From NCBI GenBank assembly GCA_965649265.1, contig CBFGKC010000001.1, positions 190,613-254,612 of the forward strand: DNA of 64,000 nt. Direction: 5' to 3'. The notes under the pieces were generated by a model that was not told the DNA's origin, made no database searches, and saw nothing but the letters and a program-made list of their open reading frames with translations. Source of the stretch: a candidate division WOR-3 bacterium (GTDB lineage: Bacteria; Hydrothermota; Tepidihabitantia; B3-TA06). Positions within the stretch are counted from its first letter, which is position 1. Each line of letters starts with the position of its first letter. A program made the position numbers and the translations under genes. Shown here in pieces: positions 1 through 9,397 of the stretch.

Positions 1-23
1 CGAAGAAAGTCGTGGTATACTAA
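1..23 (+). CDS. 3' end of an upstream CTD-bearing protein (partial)
   Basis: Reads ...KKVVVY* (aag aaa gtc gtg gta tac taa), the same terminal KKVVxx motif as the downstream paralogs; followed by a terminator. Confidence 0.6.
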
Positions 24-46
24 GCCGACTAACTAAAATTACCCCT

Positions 47-77
47 GAGGGGAGCCTTGTGGCTCCCCTCTTTTTTT
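47..77 (+). terminator. Rho-independent terminator
   Basis: GAGGGGAGCC-ttgt-GGCTCCCCTC 10-bp stem followed by T7. Confidence 0.9.
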
Positions 78-90
78 GTCGCAAATTTCA

Positions 91-130
91 GGGTCGAGGG
101 AGGCTGAGGAGGGCCGAGGAGGGCTGAGGA
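91..130. repeat. 10-bp tandem repeat x4 (GGGCTGAGGA-like)
   Basis: gggtcgaggg aggctgagga gggccgagga gggctgagga. Confidence 0.75.
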
Positions 131-257
131 GTAGGTGCTTCTCAAAAAAGAAACTTCCGAATTCAACTGTTATCTTTTTAGATAATCGTCGGGTTTATCC
201 TTAGGTAATAGCTTTAACGGGAAAGCTTGTAGCACAACGGTTCGTAAATGCATAAGG

Positions 258-274
258 TTGGCACGAAAGTTGCT
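258..274 (+). promoter_or_regulatory. sigma-54 (-24/-12) promoter
   Basis: TTGGCACG-aaag-TTGCT matches YTGGCACG-N4-TTGCW, 50 bp upstream of the GTG at 324. Confidence 0.85.
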
Positions 275-323
275 CTTAATAAACCGGTTAAGAAAATCTC
301 TAATTATTCCAAGGAGGGAAACC

Positions 324-1472
324 GTGAAGGATTTTTGTGTTAACCTGAAGAATGTGGTCCTTCTGTGGGTGTTAACGGGGCCAGCGGTCTTTGCGACGCA
401 GTTTGGTCACGATCTATGTTCGTACGAAATAGTAGAACCCTCGCCCGACTACGTTGAAGACGGCGTTACCATCACACCGACGCTCGGGATTGCAAACCTC
501 GGCGACCACGGTGAAAGCAATGTCTGGTTTAAATTCTATACGGTAGATGTCGCGTCCGGGGATACCACTTTCGAAGATAGTGCAACGCTCGGTTTTATAG
601 GCGCTTATCCCGACTACGCAATAGTCGAGTTCTCTGATTGGACGCCTGAGGGCCGGTGTGCCAAGATCGCCGGCGGGGGGCCGTTCGTCGAACTCGAACT
701 TATTGGAATTTTGTGCTTTACGTCGGACCAGGACCGATCCAACGATACCGCGAGGGCGAACGTAACCGTGCTTTTGACCCACGATGTTGGCGTGATCGAT
801 CAGATCGGTGAACCGGGTCCGGGATACCCACCGGATCGCTATAAAGTCGGAGATACCATCATCTTCACAGCAACCGTCGAGAACTTTGGCTACAATACCG
901 AGTACGATGTCCCTGTAAAACCCGAAATCGTTGATAAGACCGCCGATCCTGATACTCTCGTCTGGCAGAACATCCAGCCTATCCAAACCCTACCCTGGCG
1001 CTGTGATACGGCTGGCGAAACATACACCGCCGATGTCGTCTTCCCGCGTTTCATCGTGCCGAGCCTTAACTGGTTGTCTAATACATGCAAAACTGAACTA
1101 GTGGGTGACTTGTGTCCGGATGACGATATCGGTCCAATTCCCTATATCCCGCCGCCTCCACCGGATACTTATGCGGTGAAAGAGAAGGCTCCAGAGGCCG
1201 AAGGGTACTCGTTAGAGGCCACAGGAAGCGCCAAAGGAGGGGCAGTCGTCTCTTTTACCATTCCTCAGGGCTTTCGGGTGAGAATAGATATCTATGATGC
1301 CACGGGTAGGTATGTACGCTCCCTCCTCGATACGTCTTGTAAGGCAGGTAGCCAAAACATGCTTTGGGACGGTTGCGATTATACAGGGCTAAAATGCCCG
1401 CGTGGGGTGTACGAGATTCGTATGCAGGCGGAGGGCTTTACAACATCAAAAAAAGTCGTAGTATTCAATTAA
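324..1472 (+). CDS. Exported CARDB/Ig-like double-module protein with FlgD-Ig/T9SS-like CTD (paralog 1)
   Basis: RBS AAGGAGG then GTG 324; hydrophobic N-terminus; HDL/HDVGV, NLG/NFG, WTPEG, CPDDD motifs; poly-Pro linker; C-terminal IYDATGR...WDG...GVY...KKVVVFN. Confidence 0.85.
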   Translation: MKDFCVNLKNVVLLWVLTGPAVFATQFGHDLCSYEIVEPSPDYVEDGVTITPTLGIANLGDHGESNVWFKFYTVDVASGDTTFEDSATLGFIGAYPDYAIVEFSDWTPEGRCAKIAGGGPFVELELIGILCFTSDQDRSNDTARANVTVLLTHDVGVIDQIGEPGPGYPPDRYKVGDTIIFTATVENFGYNTEYDVPVKPEIVDKTADPDTLVWQNIQPIQTLPWRCDTAGETYTADVVFPRFIVPSLNWLSNTCKTELVGDLCPDDDIGPIPYIPPPPPDTYAVKEKAPEAEGYSLEATGSAKGGAVVSFTIPQGFRVRIDIYDATGRYVRSLLDTSCKAGSQNMLWDGCDYTGLKCPRGVYEIRMQAEGFTTSKKVVVFN

Positions 1473-1486
1473 ACAAGGAGGAGGAG

Positions 1487-4345
1487 ATGAAGATCCTTTT
1501 GAGGTCCTTGATTTTAGTCTCGATTATCCTGCCCGTACTGGTTTACGGGTACGAGGGCGGTTCCGTTGCATGGAAGCAAGCCCCGACAGAGGCGACCGGC
1601 TGGTATTGGATGTACGATGACGCGGAGGCAACCCCTCCGTTTTCGACTCCGATAATGCCGGCTCTTCCGGCATGGGACAGCAGTATTGTAACCAACGGTG
1701 CAAAGGTCCCTCCATATGGAGATCGTCCCTATGGTTACGTTCTTCCTGACTCGTTCTGGTTCTACAGTATCTGGTATACGCCGGGGAAGAAGCTTTACAT
1801 AGGTTCAGACGGCTGGCTCACCTTTGACGCGTCGGTCGAGCCCGACGGTGCGCCTACACCTCCACAGAAAACTCCTGCAATACCGCAGCCGGACGCTCCT
1901 AACGAGCTTTTCGCGGCTCTCTGGGCCGATTACAACCCATCGCTTACTCAAGAGCCTACCAGCACAAACCGCGTGTGGTATTTATATGATTCACAGACTA
2001 AGACAATCAAAGTTCAGTGGAACCAGATCAAGAGTGCCTCCGGGCCCGGCGTTTACACGTTCCAGGCATGGCTGCAGCTCGGTGGTCAGAAATACCTCGA
2101 CCAGCTTGGTTCCTGCGGCGTAATATTCAGCCGTCACTATATTCACTTTCTTTATGGCTCGGCCACTCCGGGGTGGACCGCCGACAACGGCAAGACCGGA
2201 ATCGAGAACCAGGACGGCACCAGGGGTATACTTTACGCCGGGACGCTGGCCAACGGCCGCGTGATCCGTGCCGGTTACAAGAAGGCTTTCGCGCACGACG
2301 TTGCCGCTTACGAGTTTCTTGGGCCGGGGCCTATGGTGCTCAGGTGGACTTATCACAATGTCGCCCTCGTTCTCGCCAACCTGGGAAACGACGCTGCACA
2401 ATTTACGGCCAAAGTGGACATATACAATTTAGAAAACGACTCCCTGGTATACCACCAGTCGCTTGGAACTATCTCGTTGTCACCGGGGAGAACGGACACC
2501 TTTGCAGATCTCCCGGATTGGAGGCCGGGTGAAATCGGAAGCACTTATGAAAAGAGACTTATTGTCGATCTGGCAAACGACGAGTGCCGTCAGAACGATA
2601 CTTTGAAGAAGAATTCGTTCGTTCACTGCGACGACACGCTGGGTTACGACTGGAATTTCAACGATGTAAGCCCCGGCCCCGACTTCTTTTGGTTTACAGG
2701 TTGGGGCTACCCCAATGACTTCAGTTTTGCGTTCTACGGCGTATCCGGCGGTCTTTTCACCGGCGGGCGTGTGTATCTGGAGACAAGTTACTGGGGGTAT
2801 CATTGGATTCCTTCCAAGTTCGTCCTTTCGGAACCTACGTCGGGCTGTGGAGCGACCTCAACTGCGAACATAATCGCCACCTTTCCCATTCCAGCGTGGA
2901 CATCCAACGGTCCTAACGCCGGATGGAACAACGCAACCTTCCCCGTTTCCGGCATATACGTTCGGGGCTCGAGCCCAGGCAATATATTTGCAGGCCTTAC
3001 ACCTAAGGACGGTTCCAATTATTCGACGGTAAACCTCTACGGCATGAAAACCTGGCCTGGGGCACATGCCTGTTACCTTGGCGGTGGTCCCGGCCGCGGC
3101 GCCCTTATCAACGGTTCCTTTTCCTGGGGCGGCTATGGCGAAAACGGAAATCCCGACAACTACTATACTCCGGCTTGTGAGCTTATCGGCCATCTAGTGT
3201 TCGGCGGCTACCCGCTCTCTGTAAAGCCCGGACCCCCGAGTTTCCTTGATGAACCGCACGATATAACCGCCTGTGAAATGACTAACCCAGGCTCAGAATA
3301 TCTCGAAGACGGCGTTCCTGTTACTCCCCAGATCGCGATAGCCAATATCGGCCTCGAGAAGGAACCCGAGACCGGCTTCTTTCCGGTCAAGTTCTTTGCC
3401 GTTGATGTAGCGACAGGCGAGACCACTTTTACAGATTCATCACTCGTATCGAAAATCGGCTGGCTCGGGAATCAATCCGATGATCCGGACACGCTCAACG
3501 TTTCCATGAATTCCTGGACGCCGGAGGGGAGATGCGCGAAGGTTGCCGACGGCGGCCCTTTCGTGGAGCTTGAACTCATCGGCCTCGTTCACCTCGGCGA
3601 GGTCGGGCCTGACGAATCCGACCACTGCCCGTACAACGACACCATTCGGCGTATCGTGACCGTGCTTCTTGCCCATGACGTCGGCGTGACGAACGTAACT
3701 GTTGATCCTGATCCGAATATCTATCCCTGCAAGTACTCTGTTGGCACTTCGGTGTTTGTTACAGCGACGGTCGAAAACTTTGGAATCAATCAGGAACATG
3801 ACATCCCGGTGAAGCTTGAGATCGTAGACAAAACCGCAGATCCTGACACGCTTGTCTGGCAGAACATCCAAACAATCGCTACCCTTGACTGGCGCGGCAA
3901 CGTCCTTAATAATCCCTACACTACGGAGGTGTACTTTCCAGCCTTCACGATATCTGATCTCAGCTGGCTCGCATTTACTTGCATGACCGAGCTTGAGGGT
4001 GATCTTTGTCCTGATGATGATATCTTCAGTTGGATCTGCTGGGGAGGTGTAGAGGAGAACATCGGTATCCAGGAATATTCTCTCGAGGTGCTTTCACAAT
4101 CACTTGCCGATCACGTTGCCTTAAGATTCACGGTACCCCGCTCCTCATGGGTAAAGCTCTCCATTTTCGACATAAACGGAAGGTTCGTCCGAACCATCCA
4201 GAACGATCCACTCGATCCCGGCTACTACACGCGCGCGTGGGACGCTCGCGACAACGCGGGCCGAAAGTGCCCGGCAGGAATCTACCTCGTCCGCATGGAG
4301 TCGGAGGGGTTCAGCTCGACTAAGAAAGTCGTGATATTAAATTAA
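1487..4345 (+). CDS. Large exported multidomain protein with CARDB/Ig-like modules and CTD (paralog 2)
   Basis: RBS GGAGGAG then ATG 1487; signal peptide MKILLRSLILVSIILPVLVYG; N-terminal domain shared with paralog 3; ends IFDINGR...WDARD...AGIYLVRM...KKVVILN. Confidence 0.88.
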   Translation: MKILLRSLILVSIILPVLVYGYEGGSVAWKQAPTEATGWYWMYDDAEATPPFSTPIMPALPAWDSSIVTNGAKVPPYGDRPYGYVLPDSFWFYSIWYTPGKKLYIGSDGWLTFDASVEPDGAPTPPQKTPAIPQPDAPNELFAALWADYNPSLTQEPTSTNRVWYLYDSQTKTIKVQWNQIKSASGPGVYTFQAWLQLGGQKYLDQLGSCGVIFSRHYIHFLYGSATPGWTADNGKTGIENQDGTRGILYAGTLANGRVIRAGYKKAFAHDVAAYEFLGPGPMVLRWTYHNVALVLANLGNDAAQFTAKVDIYNLENDSLVYHQSLGTISLSPGRTDTFADLPDWRPGEIGSTYEKRLIVDLANDECRQNDTLKKNSFVHCDDTLGYDWNFNDVSPGPDFFWFTGWGYPNDFSFAFYGVSGGLFTGGRVYLETSYWGYHWIPSKFVLSEPTSGCGATSTANIIATFPIPAWTSNGPNAGWNNATFPVSGIYVRGSSPGNIFAGLTPKDGSNYSTVNLYGMKTWPGAHACYLGGGPGRGALINGSFSWGGYGENGNPDNYYTPACELIGHLVFGGYPLSVKPGPPSFLDEPHDITACEMTNPGSEYLEDGVPVTPQIAIANIGLEKEPETGFFPVKFFAVDVATGETTFTDSSLVSKIGWLGNQSDDPDTLNVSMNSWTPEGRCAKVADGGPFVELELIGLVHLGEVGPDESDHCPYNDTIRRIVTVLLAHDVGVTNVTVDPDPNIYPCKYSVGTSVFVTATVENFGINQEHDIPVKLEIVDKTADPDTLVWQNIQTIATLDWRGNVLNNPYTTEVYFPAFTISDLSWLAFTCMTELEGDLCPDDDIFSWICWGGVEENIGIQEYSLEVLSQSLADHVALRFTVPRSSWVKLSIFDINGRFVRTIQNDPLDPGYYTRAWDARDNAGRKCPAGIYLVRMESEGFSSTKKVVILN

Positions 4346-4354
4346 GGAGGAAGG

Positions 4355-7174
4355 ATGAAAAAAAATCTGTACGTATTAACGCTTTTCGTGATCGCGTTTC
4401 CCGGGTTAATCCTGGGACAGCAGGGGGGAGGAGTGGTATCATGGAAGCAAAACCCCACGGAAACCACCGGCTGGTACTGGATGTACGATAATGTTGAGTT
4501 CAAACCGCCTTTCACGCTGCCTCAAATATCCCCGATATCAGAGGTCAATTTCAAAAACATCGTGGCAGGCGAAAATCAAGTGCCTCCATACAACGACAAA
4601 TGTGTTGCCTACCCACTGCAGGATTCTTTCTGGTATTTTGGGCAGTGGTACAAGCCTGGCGATTCAATTTACATTTCGCCTGACGGCTGGGTTAGCTTTG
4701 ATCCATCTGCGGCCCCCGGGGTTCCGACACCTCCTTTGATACTTGAGCCGTTTCCCACACCGGATTTGCCAAACGCTATAATTGGAGTGCTGTGGCAAGA
4801 TAATAATCCCACATACACGGTAGAGCCTCGAAATGGAGCCGATTACGTGTATCTTTTTCACGATGCAGACAGCCGAGTACTTATCGTGGAGTGGTACGAG
4901 ATGTACAGTGCTGTCACGCCTTCGAATCATTACACTTATGAACTCCAGCTTTCAATGGGCGGACAGGATAAGCTTGTAAGTCAGGGGGATTGCGGCATCG
5001 TATTCAGTTACCACTTCATCCATCTCATTTTCGCAACATCTACCAACGGTTGGAATGCGGACAACGGCAAGGCGGGTATCGAGAACCAGAGCGGTACGGC
5101 AGGTATTTGGTATTCGGGTACTATCAGCGACGACAGGGTTGTCCGGGCAGGCTACAAGAAGGTTTTCAAGCACGACGTTGCCGCATACGAATTTCTTGAG
5201 CCCGGGCCTATGGTGCTTCGATGGACTCCTCACAATGTCGCCCTTGTCCTTGCGAACATGGGGTACGAAGCTGAACAATTCACGGCAAAGGTTGACATTT
5301 ACAATGATAACGACTCACTGGTATACCATCAGTCGCTAGGTTCGTTCTCTCTGTCACCCGGCCAGATGGATACCCTGGAGAACCTGCCGGCTTGGAGACC
5401 GGATGAAATCGGAAACGGCTATGATAAGAGGCTTATCGTAAGCCTGGCGAACGACGAGTGCCGCGGGAACGATACCTTGTGCAGGTTTTCTTTAGTTCAC
5501 TGCGACGATACGCTGCGCTATCTGTGGAACTTCGGCGATGCATCGGCCGGCATCAACATTCAGGAGACGCGGCTCGGGGCATTCTACGGAGTGGATACCG
5601 GAGTCTTATTGACGGGCGGCAGGGTGTACCTGCCTGGTGCCGATCCGGCTTATGTCAAGCCTACAATAGAGGTCTGGCAGTCGCAGTCGGGCTGCAGTGA
5701 GGCATCAACCCTGGTCTCTTCGGGAACCGCCGGGACGTACGAAGCCGGCTGGAACAAGGCATCGTTCGGAAGCACAGGGGTATGGATAAATTCCTCTAAG
5801 CCGGGTGGAATATGGGCCGCAGTTACGAGTTCGTCAAACTCGTCCGCGACCCGCGTCTGGGAATACGCAATGCGGATGCCCCCCTCCCCCGTTTCCTGCT
5901 ACCAGGGCACGGGCCCCGGCCGCGGAGGTACGTGGCTCGGCACGGCAGCGTCGGGATTCCAGTGGGGCGGGCATTCGGGGTCGTTCTACACCGCGCCGGT
6001 TGAACTCTTCGCGCACCTCGGATTCGGTGCGTACCCGCTCTGCGCGAAGCCCTCGCCTCCCTGCTACTACGACGAGCCTCATGATATAACCGCCTACGAG
6101 ATAACAAGACCCGGTGAAGATTATGCCGAAGGCGGCGTCCCTATCACGCCTGAAATAGCCATTGCTAACATCGGCCGCGAGAAGGAACCCGAAACCGGTG
6201 TCTTTCCGGTCAGGTTCATTGCAAAGAGGACCTATAACGACAGCATAGTGTTTATGGATTCGAGCCTCGTCTCCTCGATAGGCTGGCTCGGCAATCCCTC
6301 TGATGATCCGGACACGCTTCACGTCTCCATGAGTCCCTGGACGCCTGAGGGCAAATGCGACAAGGACAAGGCGAGCATCGGCGCGGAATACGAACTCATC
6401 GGCCTCGTGCAACTAGGCGAGGTCGGGCCTGACGAGTCCGACCACTGCCCGTACAACGACACCATCCGGCGCACTGTGACCGTGTTTCTTGCCCATGACG
6501 TCGGCGTGGTTGATTTAACGAGAACACCGGATCCTCCAACTCCACCCGACAATTACGAGATCGGAGCCTCGATTACTTACACCGCTACGGTCGAAAATTT
6601 TGGGGTGAATCAGGAGTACGAAATTCCTGTGCATCTTGTCGTAGTCGACAAAATCGCCAATCCAGACACGGTTGTATGGCAAAACACCCAGGCTTTAACG
6701 ACGCTTGACTGGCGCGGAAACACGCTTGGGAATCCATACACCGCTGACATCAGCTTTCCGGTCTTTACCGTTCCCTCAAATAATTGGTTGACGACGACAG
6801 TCAAGACAGAGCTTGAAGGCGACATGTGCCCAGATAACGATATCGGACCGATATTAAACATCTCATGTTGCGGAGTTGAAGAAGGAAAGAATTTGCCCAA
6901 GGTCTTTTCTCTGGACGTTCTCGACGCAATGACTCAAGGGAATACGGTTCTAAGATTTGCGGTTCCCCGCTCCTCGTGGGTGAAGCTCTCCATCTACGAC
7001 ATAAACGGCAGGTTCGTCACCAATATTCAGAACGACCCACTCGATCCCGGCTACTACACGCGCGCGTGGGACGGCCGCGACAACGCCGGCCGAAAATGCC
7101 CGGCAGGCATCTACCTCGTCCGCATGGAAGCGGAGGGATTTAAGGATTCGAAGAAGGTCGTTATTCTCAGATAA
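4355..7174 (+). CDS. Large exported multidomain protein with CARDB/Ig-like modules and CTD (paralog 3)
   Basis: RBS AAGGAGG; signal peptide; collinear with paralog 2, with long near-identical blocks; ends KKVVILR. Confidence 0.9.
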   Translation: MKKNLYVLTLFVIAFPGLILGQQGGGVVSWKQNPTETTGWYWMYDNVEFKPPFTLPQISPISEVNFKNIVAGENQVPPYNDKCVAYPLQDSFWYFGQWYKPGDSIYISPDGWVSFDPSAAPGVPTPPLILEPFPTPDLPNAIIGVLWQDNNPTYTVEPRNGADYVYLFHDADSRVLIVEWYEMYSAVTPSNHYTYELQLSMGGQDKLVSQGDCGIVFSYHFIHLIFATSTNGWNADNGKAGIENQSGTAGIWYSGTISDDRVVRAGYKKVFKHDVAAYEFLEPGPMVLRWTPHNVALVLANMGYEAEQFTAKVDIYNDNDSLVYHQSLGSFSLSPGQMDTLENLPAWRPDEIGNGYDKRLIVSLANDECRGNDTLCRFSLVHCDDTLRYLWNFGDASAGINIQETRLGAFYGVDTGVLLTGGRVYLPGADPAYVKPTIEVWQSQSGCSEASTLVSSGTAGTYEAGWNKASFGSTGVWINSSKPGGIWAAVTSSSNSSATRVWEYAMRMPPSPVSCYQGTGPGRGGTWLGTAASGFQWGGHSGSFYTAPVELFAHLGFGAYPLCAKPSPPCYYDEPHDITAYEITRPGEDYAEGGVPITPEIAIANIGREKEPETGVFPVRFIAKRTYNDSIVFMDSSLVSSIGWLGNPSDDPDTLHVSMSPWTPEGKCDKDKASIGAEYELIGLVQLGEVGPDESDHCPYNDTIRRTVTVFLAHDVGVVDLTRTPDPPTPPDNYEIGASITYTATVENFGVNQEYEIPVHLVVVDKIANPDTVVWQNTQALTTLDWRGNTLGNPYTADISFPVFTVPSNNWLTTTVKTELEGDMCPDNDIGPILNISCCGVEEGKNLPKVFSLDVLDAMTQGNTVLRFAVPRSSWVKLSIYDINGRFVTNIQNDPLDPGYYTRAWDGRDNAGRKCPAGIYLVRMEAEGFKDSKKVVILR

Positions 7175-7192
7175 GTTGTCAAATTCATAAAC

Positions 7193-7227
7193 AAGCGGTG
7201 GGCTTATCTAAAAAGCCAACCGCTTTT
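7193..7227 (+). terminator. Probable Rho-independent terminator
   Basis: AAGCGGTGGGCTT...AAGCCAACCGCTT followed by Ts, just after the paralog 3 stop. Confidence 0.7.
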
Positions 7228-7312
7228 CCTTATCCTTTTGTGTTATTGGCCGAATTTCCTGCTCCCACAGCACCTGCAAAGCGTTGCAGGATAAGGCTAG
7301 TTTTAATGAGGT

Positions 7313-7329
7313 TTGGCACGTAAATTGCT
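7313..7329 (+). promoter_or_regulatory. sigma-54 (-24/-12) promoter
   Basis: TTGGCACG-taaa-TTGCT, 48 bp upstream of ATG 7377; same position relative to the start as the site at 258. Confidence 0.85.
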
Positions 7330-7376
7330 TAAAAGTCGTGTTGAGGAAGAAAAAAAACCCATTAAGGAGGGGAAGA

Positions 7377-8513
7377 ATGAAACGTTTTTGTGCTGAAATG
7401 GGCCTCTTTTGGGTCACTTTTGGGGTACTTTTGACCCATTTCACGGCTCACGCAACCGAGCATGATCTTACGTGCCATGCAATAATACAACCGTCCGGTA
7501 AATACGTACTTGCAGACTCCGCGATCACCCCGAAGCTAGGTGTGGCCAATCTGGGCACATCGCCCGAGTATAACTTTTATGTGCATCTTCTCTCTCTCGA
7601 TACCCTGTTCGGTGATACCGTTTACGCCGAGAGCGTGCTCGTAAACTCAATAAATGCGTATCCTGATTCAATCGAGGTCGAGTTGCCTGATTGGACGCCG
7701 GAGGGGCTTTGCAAGGATTCGTTCTCGAGGTATTACAATATTCAAGTATATGAAACGATAGGTGTTACTCGCATGATTACGGACGAGGACCACTCAAACG
7801 ATACTCTAAGAGATACCGTAACCTCGTTATGGATGCATAATGTGGGGGTGACGGATCTTGAAATAGATCCTGACCCTACGACCCCACCGGATCGCTATTC
7901 TGTCGGTGCTTGCATTACCTTCACTGCTACAGTTGAAAATTTTGGTTTTAGCCCTGAGCTTGATGTTCCAATAAGACTAGAGGTTTGGGACAGGACTGCT
8001 AGTCCGGATACGCTGGTCTGGCAGAACACACAGCTCATAAGTGTTCTTAACTGGTGCGGCGATACATCAGGGAATGTGTGTACAGTAGAGGTGTTTTTTC
8101 CTGTCTTCACTATACCATCGGATAATGCGTTTCTTGTTGTTAGTCAGTCCATTATGGAAGACGATCAGTGTTTAACGGATAATGAAATTGTTCGTTACAT
8201 CGGCCATGAGTGTGAGGCTTTAATAGAGGGAAAAAACATAAAACCGGCACTCGACATTTCAACAAACATCGGAAATAACGAAAATAAAATTCTCTTTGCA
8301 ATCAGCAACCCTTGCAGCGTACAGCTCGACGTTTTTGACGCCTCGGGACGCTTTGTGTGTAACCTTTACAATGACCCATGCTCCGCTGGTGCCCACTCGC
8401 TCACCTGGGATGGAAAGGACTTAAGGGGTCGTAAGGTGCCCTCCGGGGCGTACTTTGTAAGAATGAAGGCGGGTGAGTATAATAAATGCGGGAAACTTTT
8501 AATCGTCCGTTAG
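7377..8513 (+). CDS. Exported double-module protein with CTD (paralog 4)
   Basis: RBS TAAGGAGG; signal peptide ending AHA; HDL, WTPEG, HNVGV, ENFG, PDTLVWQN motifs; FlgD-like tail. Confidence 0.87.
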   Translation: MKRFCAEMGLFWVTFGVLLTHFTAHATEHDLTCHAIIQPSGKYVLADSAITPKLGVANLGTSPEYNFYVHLLSLDTLFGDTVYAESVLVNSINAYPDSIEVELPDWTPEGLCKDSFSRYYNIQVYETIGVTRMITDEDHSNDTLRDTVTSLWMHNVGVTDLEIDPDPTTPPDRYSVGACITFTATVENFGFSPELDVPIRLEVWDRTASPDTLVWQNTQLISVLNWCGDTSGNVCTVEVFFPVFTIPSDNAFLVVSQSIMEDDQCLTDNEIVRYIGHECEALIEGKNIKPALDISTNIGNNENKILFAISNPCSVQLDVFDASGRFVCNLYNDPCSAGAHSLTWDGKDLRGRKVPSGAYFVRMKAGEYNKCGKLLIVR

Positions 8514-8521
8514 GAGGAACA

Positions 8522-9316
8522 TTGAAACACACTTCGCTGGTTCTGTCGGTCGTGGTCTTTACCTTGGTCTCGTGTACGCCGCAGGATTTGATAAACGAAG
8601 AAATTCTTGTGCCTTCGATGGCCTTCGTGCTGGCCGATTCAAGCTATACGCCGCTAGTTAAAATAACTAATGAGAGCAAGGATGAGGCGAGGGACTTCTG
8701 GGTTAAGCTCACAATAGCAAATGCTTCGACAGGCGCAATAGAATATAGAGACAGTGTAAATGTAGCATTCCTGGGAAGTTCCTCCTCTTGCAACATTGAG
8801 TTCGCACAATGGACACCAGGGGAGTCGATCGAGGTCGATACAATCGGTAATAGATACAACTTATCCGTGATCTCCGATCTGACCTCGGATGTCGATACTT
8901 CTTATATGTCGGTCGCAAGCCTCTGGAAGAAGGATGCGAGGATTACGAATATCGCGTTGAGACCTTTTCACGAAGACGGTAGATATCTTGAGGGAGCGGT
9001 GGTCACGATCACTGCGACCGCCCAGAACGTGGGTTTCGGCAGGGAACAAGAAATACCTGTTGAATGCAGGTTAATCGATAAGACAGCCGATCCGGACAGC
9101 GTGGTCTGGGAAGGCACACTTTCTCTCTCTGTGCTGGACTGGATGGGTAATTCCACGGGTGCTGCGTTTACAGGCGAGGTCACATTCCCGGCATGGACCG
9201 TTCCGTCGCTCAACTGGCTTGCGATATATTGCATAACCCGGCTCGAGGGAGACTTGTGTCCTGCCAATGATACACTCGTAGTAAGCATAAACACGGGTGT
9301 TGCAGAAATACCTTAA
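8522..9316 (+). CDS. Predicted lipoprotein paralog with the double module but no CTD (paralog 5)
   Basis: RBS AGGAGG then TTG 8522; lipobox LVSC; WTPG, DKTADPDSVVW, LEGDLCPAND motifs; stops right after the GVAE linker. Confidence 0.8.
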   Translation: MKHTSLVLSVVVFTLVSCTPQDLINEEILVPSMAFVLADSSYTPLVKITNESKDEARDFWVKLTIANASTGAIEYRDSVNVAFLGSSSSCNIEFAQWTPGESIEVDTIGNRYNLSVISDLTSDVDTSYMSVASLWKKDARITNIALRPFHEDGRYLEGAVVTITATAQNVGFGREQEIPVECRLIDKTADPDSVVWEGTLSLSVLDWMGNSTGAAFTGEVTFPAWTVPSLNWLAIYCITRLEGDLCPANDTLVVSINTGVAEIP

Positions 9317-9397
9317 ACGAGAAAAAACATGGGTAAATTTAACCGGAACATCGTGAATACCTTACGGCGGTTCCGGTTGTATAATCAGGGAGGAGAA

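Noticed and set aside
1487-7174. Diversity-generating retroelement (TR/VR) among the paralogs
   Set aside because: Differences between near-identical blocks are mostly synonymous and not adenine-specific, both copies are coding, and no reverse transcriptase is in the window.
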